Made by a program: the position numbers and the translations under genes. The notes under the pieces were generated by a model that worked only from the letters and a program-made list of their open reading frames with translations, did no database searches and was not told where the DNA came from. Source: Mycobacterium tuberculosis H37Rv (lineage in GTDB: Bacteria; Actinomycetota; Actinomycetes; Mycobacteriales; Mycobacteriaceae). Taken from it: a stretch of DNA of 32,000 bases. Below, one piece after another: positions 1 to 11,900 of this stretch (positions are counted from its first letter, which is position 1; each line of letters opens with the position of its first letter). The DNA lies in assembly GCF_000195955.2 (NCBI RefSeq), contig NC_000962.3:3750001-3782000 (forward strand). Direction: 5' to 3'.

Positions 1-3000
1 AGTTCGCTTGTCCCGTGAGGCCCAGGTGGATGGGGGGAAGGATCGTGGTGTCCGGGATGATAATGGGGCCGATGCCGCCGGTTGAAGTCCAGTGGATCGG
101 GAATTCGGGAATCGTGATGCCGACGTTCAGGCCGAACAGGCCCTCGAAGTTGCCTCGCCACAAGATGCCGTTGCTGAAGTTGCCCGACATGAGGGCGCCG
201 GTGTCGACATTGCCCGAATTGGCGACGCCGGTGTTGGCGTTGCCGGTGTTGAACCAGCCGGTGTTGATGCTGCCCGGGTTGAAACCACCGGTGTTGGTGT
301 CACCCACATTGAAGCTGCCCGTGTTGTACGACCCAGGGTTGGCCACACCGGTATTGAAATTACCGGCATTGAAAAGCCCAGTACTGCCCGTTCCGCCATT
401 GCCGATGCCGGTGTTGAAGCTGCCCGAGTTGAACAACCCGAAGTTCCCGGTCCCGGAGTTGAACAACCCGACGTTGCCGGTGCCGGAGTTGAACAACCCG
501 ATGTTGCCGGCACCGGAGTTCAAGCCGCCGATCCCAGTCTGGTTGTCCCCGGTCAGCCCAATCCCGAGGTTGTTGGTGCCGGTGTTACCGAACCCGATGT
601 TGCCCACACCCATGTTGCCGAAGCCGACGTTGCCGCTGCCGGCATTGCCCAACCCGATGTTGCCCACCCCGGCCAGGCCCGCCGCCAGACCCGCATTGCC
701 CAACCCGAAGTTGGCATCGCCGATATTGCCGAACCCGACGTTGCCGCCGCCGACATTGCCCAAACCCACGTTCAAGTCGCCGATATTGGCCGCACCCAGG
801 TTGAAGTCCCCGACGTTGCCGAAACCGACGTTTACGCTGCCCACATCGGCCAACCCGAGATTGATGATGAGGCTCTGGTTGAGTGCCGTCCCCGCCGAGG
901 ACAACCCCGACAGCTGCTCACCAACATTGCCGATGCCCGAGACCACCGCCGGGGTCCCCGGCGGCAACCCGCCGGTGTTGTACAGCCCCGACACACCCGA
1001 GCCGAAGTTCAGCACACCCGATCCCAGCGAACCGAAATTGGCGAAACCCGAACCCGCCCCAGCCACCTCGGTCTGCGCCTGGTTCCACCAACCCGAGCTG
1101 CCCGCACCGAAATTCCCGAAGCCCGACACCCCACCGTCGCCGGAGTTGAAGAAACCCGACGACGGAGCGGTGGTCGTGTTGCCAAAGCCCGGGGTCGCCG
1201 GGATATTAACGCCGTTGATCAGGATAGGGCCGACAGTGACGCTGGCGCCGAGGTTCAGCGGGATGCGGTCGATCGTGATCGGCGGGGTGCTGAAGCCGTC
1301 AATCTGGCCGTCTATGTCGATCGTCAGCGGCAGCGGCGCAGCGGGAATGGTGAAGCCCGGGATCGTGAATCCCAGCGTGCCGATCGACGCGCTGGCCAGC
1401 AGCGCCAGTGGATTGTTGGGAATACTGATGCCATTCGGGAAGATCGTTACTGCCGGGGTACTCCAGTTGACGGTCACCGGGAATGACTGGTTAATTCTGG
1501 TGTCGATATTAAGGTTACCTAATTGGAGGGTGACGTTGCCGGCAAGATCTTTGATTTCGATTCCTGAAATGTTGACGACCCCCAAGCCAAAGAAGGGGCC
1601 GACGGGGAAAGTCGTGTTGAAGTTCTGAGCCGGGAACAGGGTGATGGGCGAGATGGTGATGGGGCCGACGCTGATAGGTATGGCCGTACCGCCACCAAAA
1701 GCGGGGATCACGATGTCCGGAACGACCAGCGGGCCGAGGCTGAAGGTTTGGTGAATGTTGAGCGGGATGGTGGGCAAAATCTGGATCGGCAACACGGTGA
1801 TGGGGCCGACGCCGCCGTTGAGCTCGAGACCAATGGGGATCGCCGGAATGGTCGATCCACCGGAGAGCCCCCACAGGCCCTCGTAGTCACCCCGCCACAG
1901 CACACCGTTGCTGAAGTTGCCCGAGATGAACGCGCCGGTGTTGACATTGCCCGAGTTGGCGATGCCGGTGTTGGTGTTGCCGGTGTTCAGCCAGCCGGTG
2001 TTGACGTTGCCCGGGTTGAAGCCACCCGTATTGGTGTTGCCCGCGTTGAAGCTGCCCGTGTTATAGCTACCCACGTTGGCCACACCCGTGTTGAACCCAC
2101 CAACGTTGAACAACCCGGTACTGGCCGTCCCCGCATTACCGACACCGGTGTTGTAGCTGCCCGAGTTGAATACCCCGAAGTTGCCGGTCCCCGAATTGAA
2201 GAACCCAATGTTGCCGGTGCCGGAGTTGAACAACCCCAGATTACCGGTTCCTGAATTCAGGCCCCCAATGCCAGTCAGGTTGTCCCCGGTCAACCCGATC
2301 CCGATGTTGTTGCTACCCGTGTTGGCAAAACCGATGTTGCCCACACCCAGGTTTGCGAGGCCGTAGTTGCTGCTGCCCGCATTGCCCAACCCAATATTGC
2401 CCATGCCCGGCGGCAACCCAAGACCCGAGTTGCCGAACCCGAAGTTGGCGTTGCCGATATTGCCGAAACCGAAATTCCCGCTACCGGCGTTGGCAGCACC
2501 CAAATTCTGCGCACCGACATTGGCTGCGCCCAGGTTGAATATCCCGACATTGCCCAACCCGACGTTGTAATTACCGACATTGCCCAAGCCCGCGTTAAGC
2601 CTCAACATCTTCGCGGGTCCGGCAAATAGAGCATTGAGGAACGCGCCGACACCACCCCCCAACGCCTGCGCCGGTGGGCTGAACGCCGGCAACGCCGCGG
2701 CAGCAGCCGACGCGCCGGAATGGTAGCCGGCCATCGCCGCCACATCGGCGGCCCACATCAACTCGTACTCGGCCTCGACGGCCGCGATCGCTGCGGCGTT
2801 CTGCCCCAGCAGGTTCGACATCGCCAACGCCCGCATCGCCATCCGGTTGACCGCCACCGCCGCCGGATCCACCGTCGCCGCCAACGCCGCCTCAAACGCC
2901 GCCACCGCGGCCCGCGCCTGCCCGGCCACCGCCACGGCCTGCGCCGCCACCGAACCCAACCACCCCGCATACGGGGCCGCCGCGGCCGCCATCGCCGCCG

Positions 3001-3184
3001 CCGCCGCACCCTGCCACACCCCCGCCGTCAGGCCCGACGTCACCTGCCCAAACGACACCGCCGCCGACCCCAACTCCTCAGCCAGCCCATCCCACGCCGC
3101 GGCCGCCGCCAGCAACGGGCTCGACCCCGCACCCGAATACATCAGCACGGAGTTGATTTCCGGTGGCAGAACTGGAAAATTCAA
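1..3184 (-). CDS. PPE55: PPE family protein, MPTR subfamily; only the 5' ~1061 codons are in the window and the gene runs off the left edge
   Basis: The minus frame whose codons start at positions = 1 mod 3 has no listed competing ORF, which fits an ORF with no stop inside the window. A spot translation of 131..208 gives [26 protein letters not shown]. The TTG start at 3184..3182 follows an in-frame TAG (3193..3191) and a GAGGTAGGGG Shine-Dalgarno-like run. The N-terminus (M)[37 protein letters not shown] is a PPE domain, followed by NxGxGNxG arrays. The gene name is from memory of H37Rv gene order. Confidence 0.9.
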   Translation of the reverse strand, partial: MNFPVLPPEINSVLMYSGAGSSPLLAAAAAWDGLAEELGSAAVSFGQVTSGLTAGVWQGAAAAAMAAAAAPYAGWLGSVAAQAVAVAGQARAAVAAFEAALAATVDPAAVAVNRMAMRALAMSNLLGQNAAAIAAVEAEYELMWAADVAAMAGYHSGASAAAAALPAFSPPAQALGGGVGAFLNALFAGPAKMLRLNAGLGNVGNYNVGLGNVGIFNLGAANVGAQNLGAANAGSGNFGFGNIGNANFGFGNSGLGLPPGMGNIGLGNAGSSNYGLANLGVGNIGFANTGSNNIGIGLTGDNLTGIGGLNSGTGNLGLFNSGTGNIGFFNSGTGNFGVFNSGSYNTGVGNAGTASTGLFNVGGFNTGVANVGSYNTGSFNAGNTNTGGFNPGNVNTGWLNTGNTNTGIANSGNVNTGAFISGNFSNGVLWRGDYEGLWGLSGGSTIPAIPIGLELNGGVGPITVLPIQILPTIPLNIHQTFSLGPLVVPDIVIPAFGGGTAIPISVGPITISPITLFPAQNFNTTFPVGPFFGLGVVNISGIEIKDLAGNVTLQLGNLNIDTRINQSFPVTVNWSTPAVTIFPNGISIPNNPLALLASASIGTLGFTIPGFTIPAAPLPLTIDIDGQIDGFSTPPITIDRIPLNLGASVTVGPILINGVNIPATPGFGNTTTAPSSGFFNSGDGGVSGFGNFGAGSSGWWNQAQTEVAGAGSGFANFGSLGSGVLNFGSGVSGLYNTGGLPPGTPAVVSGIGNVGEQLSGLSSAGTALNQSLIINLGLADVGSVNVGFGNVGDFNLGAANIGDLNVGLGNVGGGNVGFGNIGDANFGLGNAGLAAGLAGVGNIGLGNAGSGNVGFGNMGVGNIGFGNTGTNNLGIGLTGDNQTGIGGLNSGAGNIGLFNSGTGNVGLFNSGTGNFGLFNSGSFNTGIGNGGTGSTGLFNAGNFNTGVANPGSYNTGSFNVGDTNTGGFNPGSINTGWFNTGNANTGVANSGNVDTGALMSGNFSNGILWRGNFEGLFGLNVGITIPEFPIHWTSTGGIGPIIIPDTTILPPIHLGLTGQAN
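2590..3184 (-). repeat. Copy A of a direct repeat: PPE-domain coding 5' end, paralogous to 16510..17102
   Basis: Manual alignment at a constant offset of 13918 nt. It includes an identical run of roughly 190 nt (about 2978..3168 vs 16896..17086). Confidence 0.85.
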
Positions 3185-3764
3185 CCGCCCCTACCTCTGC
3201 CGCTCACGATGCGTTCACACCTCATCGTCTCACCACGACGTGGTGAGCGCGGGCACTTCGACAAACTAATCTGCAATATCCCGATCGCGTACAAACGTGC
3301 CGACATTTGCGGCGCATTAATGCCCATATCGGCTTGTATCTCTTGTAGTGCCGCTTTGACGGGGTGGTGGTCAGGTACGGTGGCCTCGGGAGAGGCTGGA
3401 GGGCTCGACGTTTTCGGCTGAGTGTCTGGGCCCGTGAAAGAGATCGTCTGCTCCAGCTTTGTCTCCTGAACTGACCCGGTTTAGGGAATTGGTGGCCAGG
3501 TTGCGGAAGTGCGCAGCATCGACGTGTACCTGGGTGAGGCATCGAATCATCGACAAGCACCGGAGCCGCGCGTGAACTCCCGCCGCGTTGTGGTCGGGGA
3601 TGATGTGGGAGACCGGCCGGCAGTGCTGTGTACGAAGGTTCTCCCACCGCAACGAGTTCACGCACGACGGTCGGCTGGGTGGGCCCTGGAATACGTGAAC
3701 TCTTCATCAACACAACATGATTGACGATGAAGGGGAGAACCTCCATGCACAACAACGCTAACCC

Positions 3765-4256
3765 GTGACTGCCGAGAATCCAGGACGGAGCAGGCGGACG
3801 CTGGTCGGAATCGACGCGGCGATCACGGCCTGTCACCACATCGCGATCCGCGATGATGTCGGTGCGAGGTCGATTCGATTCAGTGTCGAACCCACGCTGG
3901 CCGGACTGCGCACCCTCACCGACAAGCTCAGCGGTTACGACGATATCGACGCCACCGTGGAACCGACCTCGATGACGTGGCTGCCGCTCACGATCGCTGT
4001 CGAGAATGCCGGTGACACCATGCACATGGCCGGCGCGCGGCATTGCGCCCGGCTGCGGGGTGCGATCGTGGGCAAGAGCAAGTCCGACGTCATCGACGCC
4101 GAGGTTCTCACCCGCGCCAGCGAGGTGTTCGACCTGACGCCGCTGACACTGCCGACGCCCGCGCAGTTGGCGTTACGTCGATCGGTGATCCGACGTGCCG
4201 GCGCAGTGATTGACGCGAACCGGTCCTGGCGTCGGTTGATGTCGTTGGCGCGGTAG
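3765..4256 (+). CDS. IS110-family transposase, N-terminal fragment (163 codons, ended by an in-frame TAG)
   Basis: ORF track entry 3765..4256 carries the motifs listed for the IS110 remnant. It is probably non-functional. Confidence 0.7.
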   Translation: MTAENPGRSRRTLVGIDAAITACHHIAIRDDVGARSIRFSVEPTLAGLRTLTDKLSGYDDIDATVEPTSMTWLPLTIAVENAGDTMHMAGARHCARLRGAIVGKSKSDVIDAEVLTRASEVFDLTPLTLPTPAQLALRRSVIRRAGAVIDANRSWRRLMSLAR

Positions 4257-4538
4257 GCGTTCCCCGATGTGTGGACCGCGTTCGCCGGGTCGTTACCGAC
4301 CGCGACAGCGGTGCTGGGGCGTTGGCCCGACATCCGCTTGCTGGCCGGCGCACCGACCCGCCACGTTGACCGCCGTCATCGCCGCGCACACCCGCGGTGT
4401 CGCCGACACCCCGGCCCGGCCGAGGCCATCAAGACCGCCGCAACCGGCTGGGCCGCGTTCTGGGACGGGCACCTCGACCTGGACGCACTGGCCGTCGATG
4501 TCACCGAGCATCTCAGCGACCTCACCGACGACCGATGC
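3765..4538 (+). mobile_element. IS110-family insertion sequence remnant; the transposase gene is decayed and 3'-truncated, and the left boundary is uncertain
   Basis: The N-terminal DEDD-type transposase signature is present: LVGIDAA, VEPTSMTWLPL and KSKSDVIDAEVLTRA. There is an in-frame TAG at 4254..4256. Similarity continues as AFPDVWTAFAGSLPTATAVLGRWPDIRLLAGA in the same frame, detours through another frame (ATLTAVIAAHTRGVADTPAR), returns (AEAIKTAATGWAAFWDGHLDLDALAVDVTEHLSDL), and stops at about 4538 with no C-terminal half. Confidence 0.75.
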
Positions 4539-5715
4539 GCGCGTTGGTGATGCCGGTGACCAAGAAGGTGTTGATCTTGGGTGACTAGTCAATGGTGGTG
4601 GCCAGGGTGAGCAGTTCGGGGATCTGCGAGTCGATGCGCCAGGCAGGAAGCGGTGTAGGTGATGGCGCGCCAGGTGGGGGTCCCCGCCGGTGCGCACGGT
4701 CGACAGCAGGGTGCGCAGCTCCTCTTTGGCGATCCAGGCCGAGAGAATCTGCGCGCGGGGGTCGACGGCGTTGATCCGATTCCGCATTTTGGCGAAGCTT
4801 TTGTCCGACAAGCGTTCCCGGGCGGTCAGCAAGCGACGTCGGTTGGCCCACTGCGGGTCGATCTTGCGGCCGCGCCGGTCGTGGAACGCCCAGGTCACCC
4901 GGCGGCGCACCGCGGTCAGCGCGTCGTTGGCCAGCGTGGTCACATGGAAGTGGTCGACGACGAGCTTGGCGTTGGGCAGCAGCCCGGGCGTGCGGATCGC
5001 CGAGGCGTAGGCAGCGGCGGGGTCGATGGCCACCGTACTGGATGCTCTCCCGGAACTGCGGTGTGCGCGCTTGCAGCCATGCCAGCACCGCCGCGCCGCC
5101 GCGGCCTTCATGCTGCCCCATAAACCCCTGATCACCGGCCAGGTCGACGAACCCGGTATCCCACGGGTCGACCCGTACCCACCGGCCAGTCTTGGCGCAG
5201 CGCTCCCATCTGGGTTTTCCTCGCCGTGTCTGGTCAACGCCCAGCACCGGGGTGGGCAACGGCTCGGTCAATACCCGTCTCGGCGTAGGCAACAAACGCC
5301 CGATGTGCCGTCGGCCACGACACGGCGTCAGCCTGGGCGACCTCGGCCCACCGAGCGGGCCGCATCCCCGATCGCCTTGGCCATCTGCCGACGCAGCCGC
5401 AGCGTGCTGCGGACGCGGGCAGGTACCTGGGTGATGGCCTCGGTGAACGGCCCCAGCTTGCAGTAGTCTTCTCGGCATCGCCAGCGAATTTTGTTCCAGC
5501 GCACCATGATGCGGTCTTCGCCATAAGGTAGATCTTTCGGTGAGGTAACCGCGTATTCCTTCACTGATATCGAGACCACCCCCGCACGACGGGCACGCCG
5601 CCGCCGTCGGCTCATCGGTGATCACATCGACCACCCGGGTCCCGTCACTGCGGCGCTCGACACGCTCAACCCGTGCTCCTGGCAGCCCGAACAACACTGT
5701 CGTAGCGTCAGACAC
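4539..5715 (-). pseudogene. ISL3-family transposase pseudogene with multiple frameshifts and a 3' truncation
   Basis: ISL3-like sequence must be pieced together across all three minus frames. The pieces are MSDATTVLFGLPGARVERVE..ACPSCG (frame of 5715); VKEYAVTSPKDLPYGEDRIMVRWNKIRWRCREDYCKLGPFTEAITQVPARVRSTLRLRRQMAKAIGDAARSV (frame of 5615); and AEVAQADAVSWPTAHRAFVAYAET (frame of 5524). Then VLTEPLPTPVLGVDQTRRGKPRWE..DLAGDQG..LAWLQARTPQFRESIQ (frame of 5715), then VAIDPAAAYASAIRTPGLLPNAKLVVDHFHVTTLANDALTAVRRRV..LLTARERLSDK (frame of 5237). The last pieces are IPELLTLATTID, a stop, then INTFLVTGITNAR. Confidence 0.8.
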
Positions 5716-5842
5716 AGCCCTTGGCTCCTTCCTCGGCCTGAATGCTTCGCAACACTTAGACTTCAGAAGGCCAAGGGCCCTCAGCCGCTAAACACGCCGA
5801 CCAAGATCAACGAGCTACCTGCCCGGTCAAGGTTGAAGAGCC
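4539..5842 (-). mobile_element. ISL3-family insertion sequence remnant; the left inverted repeat is intact and the 3' end is missing
   Basis: The terminal sequence GGCTCTTCAACCTTGACCGGGCAGG (reverse complement of 5818..5842) matches the GGCTCTTC start typical of ISL3-family inverted repeats (from memory, e.g. IS31831). Transposase similarity runs from 5715 down to about 4540 and ends at ..INTFLVTGITNAR, with no C-terminal segment or right inverted repeat. Confidence 0.75.
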
Positions 5843-5951
5843 CCCATATCAGCAAGGGCCCGGTGTCGGCGCAAAATTTAGCGTCGTTGCGCCCACACCA
5901 GAGTTACCGCCGCACACACGGCGTGACCACCGGCGTGCATTTAAGAATCCG

Positions 5952-8900
5952 TTAGGGCCCGACGCCGGTGAAGAGCAAGCCCGACAGTTGCTGGCCGACG
6001 TTGCCGAAACCCGAGACGACGGCCGCGGTGACAACACCCAGCGCGCCGGTGTTGTACACGCCCGAGATGCCGGCGCCGCGGTTGAGGATGCCGGAGAGCT
6101 GGGTGCCGAAGTTGGCGAAGCCCGACGCCGACCCGAGCAGCGGATCCGACATCGCGTTGAGCAATCCCGACATGCCCGCGCCGGTGTTGCTAAAGCCCGA
6201 ACCGCCGCCAGCTCCGGTGTTGAAGAAGCCCGACGACGGCAGCGTGGTCGAGTTCCCGAAACCCGGCGCCCCGCCGAACCCGGCGATCGGGACGTTGATC
6301 GGGCCGATAGTGGTGTCGGCGTGCAGGTCCAGCAAGATCCGGTCGAGAACGATGGCCGGGATGTCGACGGGCGGGATGCCATTGGACAACGCGAGGCCCA
6401 GCGGGAGGGTGGGGATCAGGGTGCCGCCCGGGATGGTGAACCCCGGGATGGTCAGCGACACCGGCAGGCCGATGTCGATCGGGTCGAGGGGGATGGTGAA
6501 TCCCGGGAAGGTCACCGTGCCGGAGGGGATGGAGATGGGCCCCACAAAGTATGCCCCTTGCGTGGACGTTGCACCCCCGCCGCTAGAGGGCGCGATCCGG
6601 ATTCCGGGGAAGAAGCTGGGCTTGACCCAAATCTCTGAGGTTGGTCCGGACGTGCTGGTGACGGCTCCTTGGGAGTAACTGACGAGCACGGGCGGGGTCC
6701 TGACGGTAATGGGGTTGACGGTGATGGAGCCGACATGGACGGCGGGGTCGAGGCCCAAGTGAATGGATGGAACAGAGATGTCCGGGATGGCGATCGGGCC
6801 GATGCCACCGACCGCGGCGAAGCCGACCGGAATGGGCGGGATGTGGATGGGCGGCAGCACGGTAATCGGGCCGATCCCGCCGCTGACGTCGGCGCCCACC
6901 GCGGGGAACAGCGGGAGGGTGTAGCCCACGGCGAAGCCGGCCAGGCCCTGGTAGTCGCCGCGCCACAGGATGCCGTTGCTGAAGTTGCCGGTGACGAAGG
7001 CGCCGGTGTTGACATTGCCCGCGTTGGCCACCCCGGTGTTGGCGTTGCCGGCGTTGAGCCAGCCGGTGTTGATGCTGCCCGGGTTGAAGCCCCCGGTGTT
7101 GGTGTCACCGACATTGAAGCTGCCCGTGTTGTAGCTGCCGGCGTTGGCCACACCGGTGTTGAAACTGCCGGCATTGAAGAGCCCAGTGCTGCCCGTTCCG
7201 CTATTGCCGACGCCGGTGTTGAAGCTGCCGGAGTTGAACAACCCGAAGTTGCCGGTCCCGGTGTTGAAGAACCCGACGTTGCCGGCGCCGGAGTTGAACA
7301 ACCCCAGGTTGCCGGCACCGGAATTTAGGCCGCCGATGCCGGTCTGGTAGTCGCCGGTCAGCCCGATCCCAATGTTGCCGGTGCCGGTGTTGGCCAACCC
7401 GATATTGCCCACGCCCACGTTGGCCAACCCCCAGTTGTTGCCGCCGGCATTGCCCAACCCCACATTGCCCAGGCCCGGCACGCCCGCGGTCAGACCCGAG
7501 TTGCCGACTCCGACATTGCCGTGGCCAATATTGCCGAACCCCAGGTTGCCGGCGCCGATATTTCCGAAGCCCAGGTTGTGCGCGCCGAGGTTGGCCGCGC
7601 CCAGGTTGACCTCCCCGACATTGCCGAAACCGGCGTTGTGGCTGCCGACGTTGGCCAACCCGATATTCAGAACGGTCACCGGGTTCACCGCGGACCCGCC
7701 GGAAAGCAGCCCCGACAGTTGGTGGCCGACGTTGCCCAGGCCTGAGACCAGCGCCGGGGTCCCCACCCCCAGCGTGCTGGTGTTGTAGATCCCCGAGACA
7801 CCCGAGCCCAGGTTGAGCACACCGGAATGCAGCGTGCCAACGTTGGCAAAACCCGAGCCCGCCCCCGCCAGCGCGGTGTGCGCCTGGTTCCACCAGCCCG
7901 AGGTGCCCGCGCCGAAGTTGCCGAAGCCCGATCCCCCGCCCGCGCCGGCGTTGAAGAAGCCCGACGACGGGGTGATGGTGCTGTTCCCAATGCCCGGGGT
8001 GGGCGGGATGTTGATCAGCGGGATGCTGCTGGCGAGGACATACACCGAGCCGTCGGCGCTCGCCGCGATCTCGGGCCAGGTGATGGCCGGGATGTCCACG
8101 CCGCCGGCGCCGGCGGTCACGTCCAGGTTCAGCAGCGAGGTCGCCGGGAACGTCAAACCACCGGGGAAGAGGGTGATCGCGTTGACGCTGCCGGGCACCT
8201 GGAAGCCCAACGTGATCGGGCCAGTTTCGAGCTGCGGAGTGGTAAACGCCCCGCTGGACGCGGAAATGGTGAGATGGCTTCCGTCGCTCGTGCCGGCGCC
8301 GAAAACGAGTGGGCCGGTGGCGTAGGGCGAACCGTCGGCCGATCCGAATGAATAGAAGGTTATACCAAGGCCATTAGTGCCTTGAGTCCACATTTCGAAG
8401 GGATCTATCCTCATCTCCGCCCCAACCGAGGCGTTGATTATTTGCTCCACAATGACACTCACCGGCGGAATGCGCACGGACCCCACAACGATGCGGAAGG
8501 CGGCGCTTCCGGTGATGTTTGGGGTGAGTGCGGGGATGTCGATCTGCGGAATGGTGAATGCGCCCATCGCGACGTTTCCGGTCAGGTGCGCATTAACGGC
8601 CGGCACCGGGATGGGCGGGAGGACCACGGGTCCGAAGCCGCCGTCGAGGTGGGCGTCCACGATGGTGATCCGGGGCACGTCGAGGCTGTAGAACAGGCTG
8701 AACAGGCCCTCGTGATCACCCCGCCACAACAGGCCGTTGCTGAAGTTGCCCGACATGAACGCGCCGGTGCCGACGTTGCCCGAGTTGGCGATGCCGGTAT
8801 TGGTGTGGCCGGTGTTGAACCAGCCGGTGTTGATGGTGCCCGGGTTGAACCCCCCGGTGTTGGTGTCGCCGGCATTGAAGCTGCCGGTGTTGTAGCTGCC

Positions 8901-11900
8901 GGCGTTGGCCACGCCGGTGTTGAAGCTGCCGGCATTGAAGAGCCCAGTGCTGCCCGTTCCGCTATTGCCGATGCCGGTGTTGAAGCTGCCCGAGTTACCG
9001 ATGCCGAAGTTGCCGGTCCCGGAGTTGAAGAACCCGATGTTGCCGGTGCCGGAGTTGAACAAGCCGATATTGCCGGCACCGGAGTTCAGGCCCCCGATGC
9101 CGGTGAGGTTGTCCCCCACCAGCCCGATCCCGATGTTGCCGGTGCCGGTGTTGGCCAACCCGATGTTGCGCACGCCCTGGTTGGCGAAACCATAGTTGGC
9201 GCTGCCGGCATTGCCGAACCCCGTGTTGCCCAGGCCGGCCGCGCCGGCGGTCAGACCCGAATTGCCGAAACCGATATTGCCGTGGCCGACGTTGGCGAAG
9301 CCGAGGTTGCCGGTGCCGACGTTGCCCAGCCCCAGGTTTTGCGCACCGAGGTTGGCCGCGCCCAGGTTAACGTCCCCGACGTTGCCGAACCCGACGTTGA
9401 AGTTGCCCACATCCGCCAACCCGATGTTGAGGATGGGGATCTGGTTCAACGCGGTCCCGGCCGCAGACACGCCCGACAGCTGATGGCCGACGTTGCCGAG
9501 GCCCGACAGCACCGCCGGCGTCCCGAGCGGCAACACGCTGGTGTTGTAGATCCCCGAGACACCCGAGCCGACGTTGAGCACACCCGAGCCCAGCGTGCCG
9601 ACATTCAACACCCCCGATCCCGACCCCGCCAGCGCGCTCGCCGCCTGGTTCCACCAGCCCGACAGGTTCGACCCGACGTTTCCGAACCCCGACACCCCAC
9701 CGGCGCCGGAGTTGAAGAACCCCGACGACGGGGTCGCCGTGGTGTTGCCGAACCCTGGCGTCGGCGGGACATCGATGATCGGGATGCTGCTGTCGGGCAC
9801 GGTGAGATTCAGCGCCAGGTGCAGCGGCAGCGGGTCGATCGTGTACCCACCCGGGAAAATCGTGATCGGATCCAGCGCGCCGGACGCATCGATCGTTAAC
9901 GGGATGGCGTTCGTGGGGATCGTCAGGCCACCCGCGAACAAGGTGAAGGCCGGCAGACCACCGCTGATGTTCACGTCCAACAGGAATCTCGTGGTAGCGA
10001 TTTGCGGAATCTCGAAACCCGGAATAGATATCTTGAGCTCGCCGGTCGTTCCGGGGCCAGGGCCGGTGTGAATGGTGATGCCCTGGGTGGGCGCCGGGAA
10101 GGGGTCTCCGAAATTGGGAATCGCCGCGGTCGACCCGAGGATCCAGTCCTCGCCTTCGAAGCGCATGCTGATGAGCGGAAGCGTCATGGTTGACCCGGGT
10201 GAGGCGGGGATGTCCAGCGGAATGGTTCTCGTCTGTGCGGGAATTGTGGTGGCGGGCACCAGGACGATGGGATCCATGTGGATCGATTCGTGGATCTCTA
10301 GCGGTATCGCGGGAACATCGACCTGCGGGATGGTGAAGGGTCCGATCTCGACGATTTCGTGGACGTCGAACAGCGACATGCCGGGGATGTCGATCTGCTC
10401 GATGTGGATGGGGCCCAGGTTGAGGGTTTCGTTGAGGTCCAGCAGGGTGCTGCCGGCGATGTCGATGCTGAAGGAGAAGCCGACCAGCCCGTGGTAGTCA
10501 CCGGTCCACAGCGCCCCGTTGTTGAAGCTGCCGGAGTTGAACGCGCCGGTGTTGACGTTGCCGGTGTTGAACAGGCCGGTGTTGGTGTGGCCGGTGTTGA
10601 ACCAGCCGGTGTTGACGGTGCCCGGGTTGACGCCGCCGGTGTTGAAGCTGCCCACGTTGAGGCTGCCGGTGTTGTAGGAGCCGGCATTGGCCAGACCGGT
10701 GTTGAAGTTCCCCGCGTTGAACAACCCGGTGCTGGCCGTGCCCGCATTCCCCACACCGGTGCTGTAACTGCCCGAGTTGAACAGCCCGAAGTTCCCGGTC
10801 CCGGTGTTGAAGAACCCGATGTTGCCGGTGCCCGAGTTGAACAACCCGAGGTTCCCGGTGCCCGAGTTCAGGCCGCCGATCCCGGTCCGATAGTCCCCGG
10901 TCAGCCCGATCCCGATGTTGCCGGTGCCGGTGTTGGCCAACCCGATATTGCCCACACCCACGTTGGCCAACCCCCAGCTGCCGCTGCCGGCGTTACCCAA
11001 CCCCACATTGCCCAGGCCCCCCGCGCCCGCGGTCAGGCCCGCGTTGCCGAATCCGAAATTGCCGGCACCGATGTTGCCGAACCCGAGGTTGCCGGTCCCG
11101 ACGTTGCCCAACCCCAAGTTGCTGCCGCCGAGGTTGCCGGCGCCGACGTTGATGTTGCCGACGTTGCCCGCACCCAGGTTGAACTCACCGACGTTAGCCA
11201 AACCGAGGTTCACCCCGCCGACATTGCCCAAGGCCAAAGCGTTGCCGATGTCGAGGTGCTGCAGCTCGGCGATGGCCGCGTCGATGATCTGATCGAACAC
11301 GGACTCGGCAGGTGGGAAGGTGAGGATCGCGATCAGGCCATCGATGGACACCCCCGACATATGGTCGCCGAGGTTGCTGAACCCCGAGATCACCGCCGGG
11401 GTGGTGGCGTCCAGCGTGCTCACGTTGAACAGCCCGGAGATGGCGGTGCCGGAGTTCAGCACACCCGAGGCCAGGGTGCCGGCATTGCCCAGCCCCGAGA
11501 GTGTCCCCACCAGTGACCCCGCGCCGGCCTGGTTGAGCAGGCCCGACACGCCCGCACCCAAGTTGCCGATGCCCGATCCGCCGCCGGCACCGGTGTTGAA
11601 GAACCCCGACGACGGCATCTGGGTCGAGTTCCCGAAGCCCGGCGCCGCCGGGATGTCGATGATCGGGATGTTGAGGGGTCCGGCACTGGTGCGAATGTCG
11701 AAGCCCAGCGGGATCGCGGAAATGGTGGTGCCTGTGATCGTGACCGCCGGGATGTCCACGGACGCATCGATCGGCACCACTTCCGACATTGAAATCCCAT
11801 CGATGACCGAGGCCGGAATATCAACAGGTATGCGGATAGGAATCGACTCACTCAACGAAATCGCATCCAGGGGGATGGGCTCGATCTCCAGGGGCACACC

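Noticed and set aside
3222-4043. A 273-aa minus-strand ORF spanning the PPE55 upstream region and the IS110 remnant
   Set aside because: It overlaps the recognisable IS110-family transposase frame on the other strand. Its Arg/Pro-rich composition is typical of GC-rich shadow ORFs, and I recognise no domain.
4539-5715. Frame changes in the ISL3-type transposase as programmed ribosomal frameshifting
   Set aside because: There are at least five frame changes plus an internal stop, with no slippery heptamer noticed. As far as I know, ISL3 elements encode a single-ORF transposase, so this is decay rather than regulation.
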